Source: a virus (Duplodnaviria > Caudoviricetes). Taken from it: a stretch of DNA of 64,000 bases. Shown piece after piece: positions 1 to 11,300 of the stretch. Position numbers and translations under genes: made by a program. The stretch is from positions 7,224 to 71,223 of the IMG/VR virus record IMGVR_UViG_3300043255_000003, one strand, 5' to 3'. The first letter of the stretch is position 1, and every line of letters begins with the position of its first letter. Below the pieces are notes generated by a model. That model saw only the letters and a list, made by a program, of their open reading frames with translations. It was not told where the DNA came from and made no database searches.

Positions 1-946
1 CGTTCGTGTCAATGCCACTCACCCAGTACGTTTGGTCGGCGCAGATGTACAGGCCATCGGCGACCGCTTTCATCACCGTCACGTCTTCAGGGAACATCAG
101 GAAATTCCTGTGCGGCTTGACCAGCCCGTATCGCAGTGGGTCGGTGTACCAGACGATATTGCCCTGCGCCATGTAAATACGTCCGTTGAAATACTCCAGC
201 ACGTCGCCTGCCGGTGGCTTAATTCCGAACTGCGTCTGCAGTCGGATGCCCTGCGCGTTCGTCACATCGGAGATGCGATAGTTGGGCGTGCCGGGTATCA
301 GTTCGCCGAGTCGATACAGTCCTTCGCCGCCCGGACTGGAACAGTACACGCGCACCAGTGAGCCATCGACTGGCGTTGGTATGTCGCGCAGTTCGATTGA
401 ACCCCCGTCCACGATAGTAACTTCAGTCGCCGTCGGCGTGCCGCTTTCCTCGCCCCGGTCGGTCAGGAATGTGATCGCTACCTGATAGGTGCCAGCAGCC
501 AACGTGCCGCCCGCTGCTGCGGCGAGCACCGTGGGCTGGTTCGCCGGGCCATGAACCCCCCATGGCAGATCCTCGCCGGACGGGGAGAGCACACCAGTGG
601 TGACGCCGTTGGAGTAATAGATCTGATCGTTGACGCTGACGTACACCATGGGGCGCGCACCGACATCCAAGCGCACCAGCAAACGCAGCCACTCGTCGTT
701 CAGGAAAGCCAGTTCCCAGAGGTGCCCGGACTCAACGAACAGGGTGCGTCTGCCGTTAGAGTACAGCGTGCCGGGTTGCGGGCTGCCAGCGTAGATGCGT
801 GTGCGCCCACGTCGGCGCGTGATGTCGCCGCCATCGCTGATGTCGAAGTTGACCGCACGACGCAACGCGGTCAGTGGTAACTCTTCACCACCGAGCATGT
901 TGTTCTCGCCATCAGGCCAGCCTTCAAATTTTGGATAGTCAGGCAT
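1..946 (-). CDS. Tail stabilisation / head-closure-like virion protein (partial, runs off left edge)
   Basis: Manual translation from ATG 946: MPDYPKFEGWPDGENNMLGEELPLTALRRAVNFDISDGGDITRRRG..., open to position 1. Beta-rich and directly downstream of 949..1269. Not in the ORF track because its stop codon is outside the window. Confidence 0.7.
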   Translation of the reverse strand, partial: MPDYPKFEGWPDGENNMLGGEELPLTALRRAVNFDISDGGDITRRRGRTRIYAGSPQPGTLYSNGRRTLFVESGHLWELAFLNDEWLRLLVRLDVGARPMVYVSVNDQIYYSNGVTTGVLSPSGEDLPWGVHGPANQPTVLAAAAGGTLAAGTYQVAITFLTDRGEESGTPTATEVTIVDGGSIELRDIPTPVDGSLVRVYCSSPGGEGLYRLGELIPGTPNYRISDVTNAQGIRLQTQFGIKPPAGDVLEYFNGRIYMAQGNIVWYTDPLRYGLVKPHRNFLMFPEDVTVMKAVADGLYICADQTYWVSGIDTN

Positions 947-948
947 CG

Positions 949-1269
949 TCAGCGATCCACTACATACAGAAGCCCTTCGGCTTCGAGTACGTTACCAAGG
1001 TCGGTGCTGACGACGTAGGTCACTTTGTACGTCTTCGTGTCCAGTCCGTCCTCGATGCGCTGCTGTGCCAACTGCAGGTTGAACGTCGCGGCACTCGGAA
1101 ACGTCAGGTCAGTTGTCGCGACCTCGGTCCCATCGGCTTGCACTTCAAGCTGTGTAACAGAGTCAACCGACGTGATGTTTTCCGGCGACGAGCCTCCAAC
1201 CATCTTCGGGCTGAAGTCCATGTCGTAGAGCCGCGATTCGGCAGGTTGTTTTTCCAGAAGATCTGGCAT
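949..1269 (-). CDS. Small virion protein (fibre/tail adaptor-like)
   Basis: 106 aa, beta-rich, with a KQPAESRLYDMDF motif typical of small phage tail adaptor proteins. Tightly packed in the operon. Confidence 0.55.
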   Translation of the reverse strand: MPDLLEKQPAESRLYDMDFSPKMVGGSSPENITSVDSVTQLEVQADGTEVATTDLTFPSAATFNLQLAQQRIEDGLDTKTYKVTYVVSTDLGNVLEAEGLLYVVDR

Positions 1270-1278
1270 GACCGGCTC

Positions 1279-2043
1279 CTAGACAGTGTTACCGCTGACC
1301 CGCATCGTCACCGTTGTGTTCTGCGCGCCGAGACCCGCAGTGAGTGTTAACTGCAACCAGCAACCCTGCGCCGAACCCGCCGTCAGGTTCTGCGAGTTGG
1401 CCACGTCCTTGTCCGTTGAGTCGAACGTGTACCCACCCGTGTGAGTCTGCCGGTCACCCGCGCCGTTGGTATCGGTACCATCCAGTGACGACTCAAGGTC
1501 GAAGGCGACCACCGTTTGCGGGTCTGCGTTCTCGATGATCTGCGCACTGGTCAGGGTCAGGGAGCCGTGCGTGTTGGCGAAAAAGATCTTGTCGTAATAC
1601 TCACGCGTTGAGCCACCCGACGCATCGGCTGCCGCATCGTAGAACGGTCGCCGGATCTCGGTGACGCCCACCTCCAGTGCCGCGATCGTGGTGTCGGTGT
1701 CCTGATCGCGCACGGTACAGATGCCGACCATCGCCGAGCCACCTGTGATCGTGATCTTGAGTATCCGCTCGAACGCGGTGCCCGTTATGGTCACCACCGT
1801 CGTGCCGTTCATGGTGCCGCTGTCGTTGACAAGTTCGCCAGCCGCGTTGCGACCGTAGACGGTCAGGGTCTGATCGGTATCACTGGCGCTTGACGACAGG
1901 AATTCGATTTCATCCGTCGATGCGATGTCGGTAAACACCACGCGGATCGTCTGGTCTTCTGCACCGCCGATTCCCGTTGGTGTGTCGGTGTCCGGCATGG
2001 ATGCTGACCCATACGCGATGATATCTGCTGCTACGATAGGCAT
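1279..2043 (-). CDS. Putative virion structural protein
   Basis: 254 aa, T/G/D-rich, with an upstream GGAG RBS, in the tail operon. Confidence 0.55.
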   Translation of the reverse strand: MPIVAADIIAYGSASMPDTDTPTGIGGAEDQTIRVVFTDIASTDEIEFLSSSASDTDQTLTVYGRNAAGELVNDSGTMNGTTVVTITGTAFERILKITITGGSAMVGICTVRDQDTDTTIAALEVGVTEIRRPFYDAAADASGGSTREYYDKIFFANTHGSLTLTSAQIIENADPQTVVAFDLESSLDGTDTNGAGDRQTHTGGYTFDSTDKDVANSQNLTAGSAQGCWLQLTLTAGLGAQNTTVTMRVSGNTV

Positions 2044-2265
2044 TTAGAATCTCCTGTTTTTGACCTTGCACTGACCATCAGCGCGCCAGCCGGACAGGTC
2101 TCCAACTGCGACCCATACCGACTGTCCGCCCGCAAGTTCTGTGCCGAGCCGAAGTCTGCCGATGTGCATGCGTTCAAAGATTGCGTTTGTTCCCGCTGGC
2201 GCAAGCGTGTACTGCCCGCGATGAATGCGAGTAGAGACCGTACCGGGGAAGACGAGTTGCGCCAC
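2044..2265 (-). CDS. Hypothetical protein
   Basis: 73 aa, abuts both neighbours. Confidence 0.5.
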   Translation of the reverse strand: MAQLVFPGTVSTRIHRGQYTLAPAGTNAIFERMHIGRLRLGTELAGGQSVWVAVGDLSGWRADGQCKVKNRRF

Positions 2266-2266
2266 A

Positions 2267-2824
2267 TCATGGATCTCGCGTCAGGGTGATGTCGCCGGGC
2301 GTCGGTGAGTTCGGCGTGAACGTCATGTTGATGTTGTCGCCGCTGATCCCTGCCACCGAACTTCTACCTGTCGAACTCTCGATCATCGGTGAGCCATCCA
2401 ATAGCCCGGCCATCTGATGCAGTTCATCGATCTTGGGCTGCTGAATCGACACACCTGACACCGCTTGCGAGATCGCCACGTTGACAAACGCACCCGGCGC
2501 AATGGGATTACTGCCGTCATCACTCACCGTGACACCCGCACCGATCTGGGCTTGGACCCAGTCTGGTCCGGGGCGATCTGAGAACATGATCTTCCAGCCG
2601 TCGAGCATGGTCAGAACGATCAGCGAGTTGCCGATGCCGGGGATCGGAACCTTGCCCTCGGCGCGTGAGATCTCATCGTTGTCGATGTAGTCAGGCTGCC
2701 ACCTGTGGAACGCGATCGCATCAACGATCTCCTGCACCGTCATGTCCAATGTCGGCGCAAGGATCTCTACGATCTTCGCAACGTGATCAAACGTAAACCG
2801 GAAGTCCTGAGTATCAGGCATCAC
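2267..2824 (-). CDS. Hypothetical virion-associated protein
   Basis: 185 aa, coupled to neighbours in the tail operon. Confidence 0.55.
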   Translation of the reverse strand: MMPDTQDFRFTFDHVAKIVEILAPTLDMTVQEIVDAIAFHRWQPDYIDNDEISRAEGKVPIPGIGNSLIVLTMLDGWKIMFSDRPGPDWVQAQIGAGVTVSDDGSNPIAPGAFVNVAISQAVSGVSIQQPKIDELHQMAGLLDGSPMIESSTGRSSVAGISGDNINMTFTPNSPTPGDITLTRDP

Positions 2825-3089
2825 GCACCTTCATTGTCGCAAGCACGGTGTCGCGTCGCTTGCACTCTGCCAGCAGTTCTTTCCACTGCCGCTTTTGCCC
2901 GTTAGCTTTAATGATCGCTTCCTCGAACTGCTCGATGTCGTCATCAATCTTGGCGATTGAAGCCGCCAGTTCGTCCGCATCGTACATCGGCCACTTCTCA
3001 CGGAACGCTTTCCGCGCTTCCGGTGAAGGGATCGCGGCACGAACCGCGTCCTCCACCGAGAGAACAGCTTGTCCGTTGCCCTCGCTCAT
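2814..3089 (-). CDS. Small coiled-coil protein (possible tail assembly chaperone)
   Basis: 91 aa, helical and charged, with an ATGA overlap with the upstream 834-aa gene. The chaperone role is inference. Confidence 0.5.
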   Translation of the reverse strand: MSEGNGQAVLSVEDAVRAAIPSPEARKAFREKWPMYDADELAASIAKIDDDIEQFEEAIIKANGQKRQWKELLAECKRRDTVLATMKVRDA

Positions 3090-5590
3090 GTCGCGATGGT
3101 GTCAGAGGTACGAATAGCGGCCTGTGACAGCCCACCAGTATCGACGGTGTTCTCAATCTCGAACGGCAGGATCGGATCAACCGAGCCACCGTTGCGTACC
3201 CTGATGAGCACCGGAATGTCGGCGAGGTACACAAGGTTTGCCGAGGACACGTTCACAGGATCACCACCTGTTGCGATGACATCCAAGATCGGGACGTATG
3301 CCGTGTCGGCAGCATTCAGATCGTAAGGTACCGCGTTGATGGCGTAGGTGTCGGAACCACCCCAGTCATCGCCCGTGCCACCAGTCAGCGGCGTGTGTGT
3401 GATTGAGGTCGCACTGTCGATCGAGGTGATGACGCCCCATGACGAGTCGGTGATGTTCAGGATGATGTCACCGACGATCGGATCGTCGGTCGCATTGGTG
3501 AAGTTCGCCGAGGTGTCAATCAAATTCGTGCCGGTCCCATCTGCCGTGGTCACGCCCGTGCCTTCGGCCACGTTCGCAAGCGTCGCTTCAGCACCCGTGA
3601 ACGACGCATAACGGAAGCGCAGTTCAACGATGTTGACCGTGTCAACGACGCGGATGGTGCCGGACTCTGGCGTGTCATTCGGGAATGACGAATCCACTTC
3701 GATGATCACGTCGCCCTCACCATTGTTCGGGCCTGACGGTGCAGCGATGCCATGCTGGGCACGATCGATCTCGCCGGACGGGGCATCCAGTACAAAGATG
3801 CCAACGCGATCTGCGTCTGTGCCGTTCACACCAGTGATCGTGGCGTTGATAAACAGCGGTGGGCTTCTAACCGTGCCGTCATCATCAACCAACTGGAACG
3901 CCTGCACGTCATCGGCATGCACGTCGGTCAGCACCACACCGGGCGCACCAAAGAAGGTGCCACCAGCGAAGGTTCCGAACGGCGAAGATTTCGGCGTGGT
4001 GATCGTGCGTGTCGATGCCACCGTTGCAAAGTCGGTGTAGGACCCCTGAGTCGCGTTGTCACCAACCTGCGTGATCGTGTTGCTGGTGAAGAACCGCGTG
4101 TTGCGCATGATCAGGTCGCCGGTTGCGCCATCATCATGGTCGGCAACGACCGTGCCTTGCGCGACCAGTGCGTCGCCACTGTCATGGAAGTACAGCACTT
4201 CGCCTTCAACGAACGCGCCGGTCTGGGTGTTGTACTCGGCCTGCAGGTCTTCGCCGATGTATTGCTCGCCATTGATGCCCTCGGCATCGAAGACGAACGT
4301 AGAAGCGCCACCGCGACCGCGCCTGCATTCTGCTTTCACGAACTCGTACAGGTCAGCAACGGTGTTGCCCTCGGCATCGATCGCGATCGAGTACGGGAAT
4401 GCTGACTGACCACCACCGAGGGACACGTCCGTAGCAGCGAACACCACCAGCGGATCAGTGCCCAGTGCTGCCGGGCCGATGTCGGTCGGCGCAACAGCGG
4501 TGGCAACTTCAGCGGAGGTCTGGCCAGTGAATTGCCCGGTCGCGCCAGAGAAGTCTGCCAAGGCTGGGCCGATCAGGTAATAATCAATCGTGAGGTCAGG
4601 TGGCGTGCCAGACGATGCGGTCACGATACCTTGGATGGTGTCATCGGAATCATCCTCGATGACCTCGCCTACGGTGAATTGCCCGGTTGGCCCAACCGAC
4701 ACGACCTGCCGACGCAAGCCCGTCGCGTTGTTCAAGTCAGCACCTGTCGCCAACGGAACCGGCTGTCTGCCGCCCGTGGTCAGATCGATGATGAAGTTGT
4801 CATACGCTGAACCGTACTGGCGGGCGAACACCGTGATCTCGGCGTCATCGATCTCGACACTGGTGGCCAGCACCTTGACCAGAATGTCGATCTGGCCTGC
4901 GCTCCACCAGCGATTCGTTGCGCCGACCTCGCGGCCAATCAGTTCAGCGCCGTCCTGATAGATGTACAGAGTCGTGTTGGCAAAGATCGTGCCCAGTGTG
5001 AACACGTTCGTCCACAGGGACTCGCCGGTTTCCGACGCCACGCCGCCGCCCGAGGCTGCTGCATAGGTATCGGTGAAGTCACCCGCGCCAGAACCGGCTG
5101 TCGTGAATGCTTCGGTCGATGCGTCATCGAACAGGTCGGTGACCGGATCGTCAGGACGTATCCACACCACGCCAGTCTCGGACGCGTAGCGTTCATCGAA
5201 CGCCATGATGGTGCCGGTGTCGCCGGTCGTGGTACCCGTGATGGTCAGGCCGATGTCACTGGTCGCGAACATGGTGCCCGCGCCTGTCGCATCGAAGGAG
5301 ATCGCCCGGATCTCACCAGACGCCCAGCCCGAGGTGGCGAGCGCGCCGCCTGTCAGGTACTGGGTAGACTCATCATCGATGAACCACTGGTTGATCAGCG
5401 TGAACGCGGTCGGTGTCTGGGCAGACATCGGGACCGGATTATCCATCTGGTCCGGCTCATCGAACAGATCTTGCAGCGCCGAATACAGCGCCAGCGTGGT
5501 GTCAGTTACCGTTGGGGTTTCAGTTGTGTCGCGAAAAATCGCCTTCCGCGTGTAATCAACGTCCCAACGATTGCCTAAAAATGTGCCCAT
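3086..5590 (-). CDS. Large virion structural / tail protein
   Basis: 834 aa, acidic and G/T/D-rich beta-type composition. Own RBS (GGGAG) and a 100-nt upstream intergenic region. Confidence 0.65.
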   Translation of the reverse strand: MGTFLGNRWDVDYTRKAIFRDTTETPTVTDTTLALYSALQDLFDEPDQMDNPVPMSAQTPTAFTLINQWFIDDESTQYLTGGALATSGWASGEIRAISFDATGAGTMFATSDIGLTITGTTTGDTGTIMAFDERYASETGVVWIRPDDPVTDLFDDASTEAFTTAGSGAGDFTDTYAAASGGGVASETGESLWTNVFTLGTIFANTTLYIYQDGAELIGREVGATNRWWSAGQIDILVKVLATSVEIDDAEITVFARQYGSAYDNFIIDLTTGGRQPVPLATGADLNNATGLRRQVVSVGPTGQFTVGEVIEDDSDDTIQGIVTASSGTPPDLTIDYYLIGPALADFSGATGQFTGQTSAEVATAVAPTDIGPAALGTDPLVVFAATDVSLGGGQSAFPYSIAIDAEGNTVADLYEFVKAECRRGRGGASTFVFDAEGINGEQYIGEDLQAEYNTQTGAFVEGEVLYFHDSGDALVAQGTVVADHDDGATGDLIMRNTRFFTSNTITQVGDNATQGSYTDFATVASTRTITTPKSSPFGTFAGGTFFGAPGVVLTDVHADDVQAFQLVDDDGTVRSPPLFINATITGVNGTDADRVGIFVLDAPSGEIDRAQHGIAAPSGPNNGEGDVIIEVDSSFPNDTPESGTIRVVDTVNIVELRFRYASFTGAEATLANVAEGTGVTTADGTGTNLIDTSANFTNATDDPIVGDIILNITDSSWGVITSIDSATSITHTPLTGGTGDDWGGSDTYAINAVPYDLNAADTAYVPILDVIATGGDPVNVSSANLVYLADIPVLIRVRNGGSVDPILPFEIENTVDTGGLSQAAIRTSDTIAT

Positions 5591-5623
5591 GAGTGAACTC
5601 CCGTTGCTATTGGGGCTTCAAAA

Positions 5624-5637
5624 GTCACTCTTGCGAC
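5624..5637 (-). promoter_or_regulatory. 14-nt motif GTCGCAAGAGTGAC (copy 1), 33 nt upstream of the 834-aa gene
   Basis: Identical to 16531..16544. Can fold as the hairpin GUCGC-AAGA-GUGAC. Confidence 0.6.
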
Positions 5638-5690
5638 TACAGCCAAGTTGTACCAAAAATTACGTGTGTGTTCTACCTGTCTGAATCATA

Positions 5691-7997
5691 TCAGTCCGCA
5701 AACGTCGCGCCTGCGCTGACGAAAGATTTCGAGGATGCGTCGTAGTCCGCTCCAATGCTATGAGCACCCGTTGTGGTTCTGTCGGCGCGCACGATTGTCA
5801 ACTGTTTAGCATTGTCTACGGCTCTGTCAGCGCGCCGGATGGAACCAACTCCACTGGCGGCTGGCGGGAAGGTGTCCAGATCATCCGTGATTGCGAACAT
5901 CACGTCAATGGCAGGCTGCGTTGTGTTGTTCAAAGATATGGACGGATTGCCTGTCACGCTTTGCTGTGAGTCAACAGCAGAGTCTTCTTGCGCCCCCGTG
6001 GCAGCCTGATTTATCACCGCGAAGGTGATCGCCCGATACGGTACTGCGCCGTCCAGCGTGAGAACAACATCCTTTGTCCCGCTGTCGGCGTCAGGGATGT
6101 CGTAGCGGTACAGGAATATCTCATGGAACTCGCTGCCTTCCTGCACGAAATCAGAGGTGATCGAAGTCATGGCATTGCCGTCATAGGTGAACGAGGTGAT
6201 GCCACGGTTGACGGTGCTGTCCCAGTACGCCCCCGCGACGACCAGCTTGCGTGATGCGCCACCCGGAAGTTTGACCTTGGCGGTGAGCGTGGTGCCAGAG
6301 ACATCGTTGTCGAGTTGCCCGTGCTTGGAGATATCGAAGCGCGTCAAGTCGATCACGCCCGCATTAGTATCTTCAATCATCTGCACAGTGACGCTCATCC
6401 CCGTAGAAACAATACTGCCCGGAGCCGCCACCGGAAAGTACCGGATGTCACCGGGGCTGGACTTACGCACGTTGATGGTTGCGGTCACATCGCCACCATA
6501 CGAATAGGCGGTATCTTGGTACAGCCCGTTGGCGTCGGTGCGGCCTTCCGATACCAGCGAGTTGTCCGACGAATCGCGGATACTCACGAACACGTTCTCA
6601 AGTCCTACGCTTGCCGCGTCATCAACCTGCACAGTCAGCGTCACGGTTTGAATGATGTCCACCGTGCCGGTGTAGCCTGCGGCTTTCATGTAGTTGTTGA
6701 ACGTGCCAGTGCCGTTCGACACGTTGATGGTGATGTCCGCATCCGAGGCGCTGTCGCACAGGAACAGTTCGTTGCCCGTGGTGGTATTTTCGCCGCCGCC
6801 GAAGTTGCTCACTTCCCAGCCATCGATGTTAAACGTGAATGGTCCGGCACCGACCGGGACAACATGCACGCCATGGCCAGTACCGTCGGACACCAGTGTG
6901 AAGTCATCCTGATTGGCCGGGTCAGAACCGTCGTCCCAGAACATCATGCCGTCTGCGTCGGTTGTCCCGTTGAACGTGCAACGCAACGCGTCCATGTCCT
7001 CAAAGATGACCTGACCGCAGTTGTTGAACACGCAGTCGTTTGCTTCGCGTAACGTGCCGCCATCAACTGGGAACGTGATCGTGCCAAGGTCAGTGAACAC
7101 CATCCGATTCAGAGACATGGTTTCAAACGCGGGCGACAGATCCCAGTTCGATACCGTGCCGATGCCAACGATCACTCCATCTGTCAGGATGAACAGGTTC
7201 GTGCCAGAGCCAGTGAGCAGTTCCATGTCCATGTTGCCAGCGGTCATGCCGCCATCGCCAGAGCCGTTACCGTTTATAAATAACTGGAAATCAGAATCCT
7301 CAAAGAACGTGTCAACGGTGGCGTGCCCCCACTCGCAGCCAAAGAACATTTCGTAGGCTTTCGCGCCCACCAGTTCGCGGATGATGCCGTAAGCCTTGCC
7401 CGTCGAAGTGGAAATGTCCTCGGTCACCATTTCAGCGAACGTGCCTCTCGCGCCGGTCGTGCCGCCGCCGATACTCAGCGCGGGCGAGCCGTTCGCGATG
7501 TACGTCATCGAGTCTATGAACACGTTGTCAGCATTACCAGCAGCTTTCGAGTTCATGCCCATCGAGCCGCCAACTGCTGTGATGGCAGAGAGCGTCGGGG
7601 CACTGCCCGCGAGAACCCTGCTGCCGGAAGGCAAACTCGCTGTGTCCAAACGAAAGCTGGACCAACCCAGAACGAAGTGCCCGTAGTTGTCTGACCCGCC
7701 TACCGTGTAGGCATACGCGTTGGCGAATGTGCTTGAAGCGAGAACGATACCGAAGCCATCGCCCGCCTCGGTGTGTGGGTTACCAGAGCGCATCCAAACA
7801 AAGATGGTGCGGTTTTGATAATCCTCGGACGTGATCGCGACGTAAGGATTCTCCCAGTCATTGGACGCCTGATCGCCCATGCACGCAGAACCTTCCCGCT
7901 GGAACCCGGACGGATCATCCAGCGCCGTGCCCGTCCAGTTACCGATCGTGTCGGCAACATCAATGTCGGTCAGGTTTCGGGTGATTGTTACCGTCAT
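5691..7997 (-). CDS. Large virion / tail protein
   Basis: 768 aa, beta-rich and multi-domain, in the tail operon. Confidence 0.6.
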   Translation of the reverse strand: MTVTITRNLTDIDVADTIGNWTGTALDDPSGFQREGSACMGDQASNDWENPYVAITSEDYQNRTIFVWMRSGNPHTEAGDGFGIVLASSTFANAYAYTVGGSDNYGHFVLGWSSFRLDTASLPSGSRVLAGSAPTLSAITAVGGSMGMNSKAAGNADNVFIDSMTYIANGSPALSIGGGTTGARGTFAEMVTEDISTSTGKAYGIIRELVGAKAYEMFFGCEWGHATVDTFFEDSDFQLFINGNGSGDGGMTAGNMDMELLTGSGTNLFILTDGVIVGIGTVSNWDLSPAFETMSLNRMVFTDLGTITFPVDGGTLREANDCVFNNCGQVIFEDMDALRCTFNGTTDADGMMFWDDGSDPANQDDFTLVSDGTGHGVHVVPVGAGPFTFNIDGWEVSNFGGGENTTTGNELFLCDSASDADITINVSNGTGTFNNYMKAAGYTGTVDIIQTVTLTVQVDDAASVGLENVFVSIRDSSDNSLVSEGRTDANGLYQDTAYSYGGDVTATINVRKSSPGDIRYFPVAAPGSIVSTGMSVTVQMIEDTNAGVIDLTRFDISKHGQLDNDVSGTTLTAKVKLPGGASRKLVVAGAYWDSTVNRGITSFTYDGNAMTSITSDFVQEGSEFHEIFLYRYDIPDADSGTKDVVLTLDGAVPYRAITFAVINQAATGAQEDSAVDSQQSVTGNPSISLNNTTQPAIDVMFAITDDLDTFPPAASGVGSIRRADRAVDNAKQLTIVRADRTTTGAHSIGADYDASSKSFVSAGATFAD

Positions 7998-8347
7998 AGT
8001 CGCCGCTCCCGGTCATGCAGCACTATGGCTGCAGCAGAAACCCCGAACAGTGTTCGCACCGGGTTCGCAGTGACAATCCTGACTGACACGTCATGCGGTG
8101 TCTTTGCCAACACATCATGGCTGCTGCGCCCGAACACGTAGGTCGCGGTTTCCAGATGCTCAAACTCGTCAAGCGTTAATTCGCCCCGCTCATCGAACGC
8201 CACCACAGGGCCATCAAACTGGCAATCATCTGCGCTGTCGATCATCTGCAATTCCGCATCATACGATCCGCACACCTCTGCCCACTGACACTTGTCCAGT
8301 TTGGGTGCGCCCCACCTGCTGTCTCGATAGGCAACGACCGTGATCAT
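7994..8347 (-). CDS. SPOUT (SpoU/TrmH-like) methyltransferase-fold protein
   Basis: C-terminal half TYVFGRSSHDVL...VSVRIVT...TLFGVSAAAIVLHDR parallels the SPOUT trefoil-knot motifs (xxFGxExxGL...VxIP...SLNxSxAAAIxLYE). ATGA overlaps on both sides. Confidence 0.55.
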   Translation of the reverse strand: MITVVAYRDSRWGAPKLDKCQWAEVCGSYDAELQMIDSADDCQFDGPVVAFDERGELTLDEFEHLETATYVFGRSSHDVLAKTPHDVSVRIVTANPVRTLFGVSAAAIVLHDRERRL

Positions 8348-11300
8348 CGATCGCCCCTCACGTTCGGTTCCAGTACGGTCCAGCGCGTACCTTGCCGGGA
8401 CGCGTTCCAGACAGTCGATTGAGTCTGCGTACCCCAGTCAGTGTCGTAGGCTTCAGCGAGCCACCCAGTGCAGGGGCCATCTGATGTCCAGAGTCTTTCA
8501 TTGTCTGAGGTCTCCCATGCAGCCTTACGCAGTTCGGCGCACCATGTGCCCCCGATCTCTTCCGGTCTGGCTCCCCACTCCAGATCTGCTGCGTCCGATT
8601 GTTCCACAACTTCCAGTGGTTCGGCTACCCATCCTGAATTCCAGCAGGCTGCTGCCCATTCTGTTGGGTCACAGGCAGCCACCCAGAAGTTGCAGTCATC
8701 AAGGTGCGTAACGAACAGCGCGAACAGTGGGTCGGTCCACTCGATCGGGATGACCGCTTCTGCACCCGGTGAGCCACCCCACTCGACTGGCAAAGTGCTG
8801 GCGGTGTCGGAGATGCCCAGTGCTTCCCACGGGATCATGTGGTCGAACTGTTTGAAAAAGATCTGCTGCCATTCGATCGGCAGCGGGTGGTCTTGGAACA
8901 CCACGACTTCCTGCGCCCACTCGACGGGGATCTCGTTGTCGAGTCCAAGGACCCCTCCCCACTCGAACGGGATCTCGTACTCCGGGGCATCGCAATTCGC
9001 GATCACGTTCAGCGATGACACCGAGTGAACGTCCGAGGCTCCTTCAACGCCAGAGCGATCAACAAACACCAGATTGACGTTGTAGGCAGGACTGGCCAGC
9101 GCACCGATGTCTCGCAGTTCCTCCATGACGGACGTGAGATCTACGGTCGGGCGAACGCCGCCCGGTGACGGCGGATAGGTCAGGTTCGTGAAGGCTGTCG
9201 TCAACGTGTACGTGGTAGGCAGGTGCGTGCCACTCCCGGCAGGCGGGTCCACCGCCAGTTCCGCATGCACGTCCACGTCAATGGTGAGCGTGGTGGTGAG
9301 CGGGCTGGACCCGACATATTCGGCTGACTCGATCGGCTCACCGACCTGCACGTTAAAGCCACCGTAACTCAGCACCATGCGCCATTCCGCACCAGAGGTA
9401 TAACCGAGACGGGCGATACCGAACCAGCCGAACGCCGTGTAGTGCGAGCCAGACGACCATGGCGAGACAGTGACATCATCACAAACGACCCCCAGCGCAC
9501 CGACCCACCCGACTGGAATGCTCGATGTCGGCCCAACGTCAAGCGTCCACTCTGTCGGGATCGCGTTGTCATCAAGTACGGCAAGTGACCACTCGATCGG
9601 CATGGTGTGATCCAGTTGCAGTTCTGTTCGCCACTCGATGGGCGTGACGAAATCAACAGCAGCGAACGGCGTTTGCCATTCCACCGGGATCGATCCGTCG
9701 AGCAACAGTTCGCCGTGGTACTCGACCGGGATCGTGTGATCGCCGAACAGTCCAAGCAGCCACTCGACAGGAATGGTGCGATCGATCTCCAGTTCGAGGT
9801 GCCACTCGATCGGCATCTGCTGATCGAGTTCGAGGAAGATGATCGTCATCCATTCGTAGGGGATGACGTGGTCGGACGTGACCGGACCTGACCAGTTGAT
9901 CGGGATCTCATGCAGCGAAACGATGACGGACTCAAGTAGCCACTCGATCGGCATGCCCTGATCGGCGAAAACATCTAGCGCCCACTCGACAGGGATCGAC
10001 TGATCCAGTTCGAGTTCGGTGGTCCAGTCGATGAGAATTACATAGTCCGATCCCGGATCTGCGAACGGTCCTCGCCATGCGTAGGGGATGACGTGATCGA
10101 CACCAAGTGGGCCTGACCATTGCACTGGAATTTCATTGTCTTGAGATACACCACCTGTCCATTCGGCAGGAACCTGATGGTCCTGCAACAGTGACGTTGT
10201 CCACTCAATAGGAATCGATCTATCAGCGTCGATGACTCCTGACCAGTTGAACGGTATTTCATGATCGACTCCCAGCGGCCCCGACCAAGTGATCGGAATT
10301 TCATTGTCTGTCGCAACGCCCTGCACCCACTCGACAGGGATGACGTGATCACCCGGAACGATTTCGTTGATCCACTCGAACAGGATCTGGTGATCAAGTA
10401 AAAGTTCGGTTGTCCAGTCGATCAGGATAATGCTGTCCGCCTGCACCTCTGGCTGTCGCCAGTCGTAAGGCATCTCATGGTCGCTCGCCAGACCTTGTCG
10501 CCACTCGACAGGGATGGCGTAGTCACCCGGAACGATCACGGTGTTCCATTCAACCGGGATCTCATGGTTCTGCAGGATGCCCTGCGTCCACTCGACTGGA
10601 ACAGAGTTGTCGATCGCCAGACCCTGTAGCCACGCGATCGGGATCACATGGTTTTGTGCGATGCCCTGCCGCCACTCGATCAGGATGGCGTGATCTGATT
10701 CAATGCCGGGGTCCACCTCCAGTTGCCACTCAACTGGGATTTCATGATCGAGCAATAACTCGCCGCTCCATTCGATCGGAGCAGGACGTGTCGCCGGTAG
10801 GGTCCAGAGGTATGGGTAATCAACGCCCTCATCAATGAACCACGTATCCACAAAATCGAAGTTCGCGAACGTGGCTTCTTCTTGCATCAGCGTCGTGGTT
10901 TTAGCCGTGCCCACGCTGCCGGTTCCTTGGGCGGTGGTGGTAGCTACGTCGGAATCAAAATAATTATCGGAGTGCGTAAGGCCGGTGCTGTTTGAATAGC
11001 CGGTAACGCCGCCCACGCGAGTCCCGATGGTTCCCGACAGCCAGACGGCAACCCGGTTACGACGTAAATCAGAATCAGGTGAACCCCCGTTATTGGTGAT
11101 GCCGATCAAACCACCGGCCCTGTCGCCCCCGGTATCTACCTTGCCCTCGACCCAGCAATCCTCAATCAGCCAACCAGTAGTGTTGTGGCCAGCGCCCACC
11201 AGCACCGCCGAATAAAGGCTACTGCTTTGAGCGGTGATGCCAGCGACCGTGGTGGCAACTCCAAGACGACGAATGGTGCCGGTGGTAATTTCATAAAACA

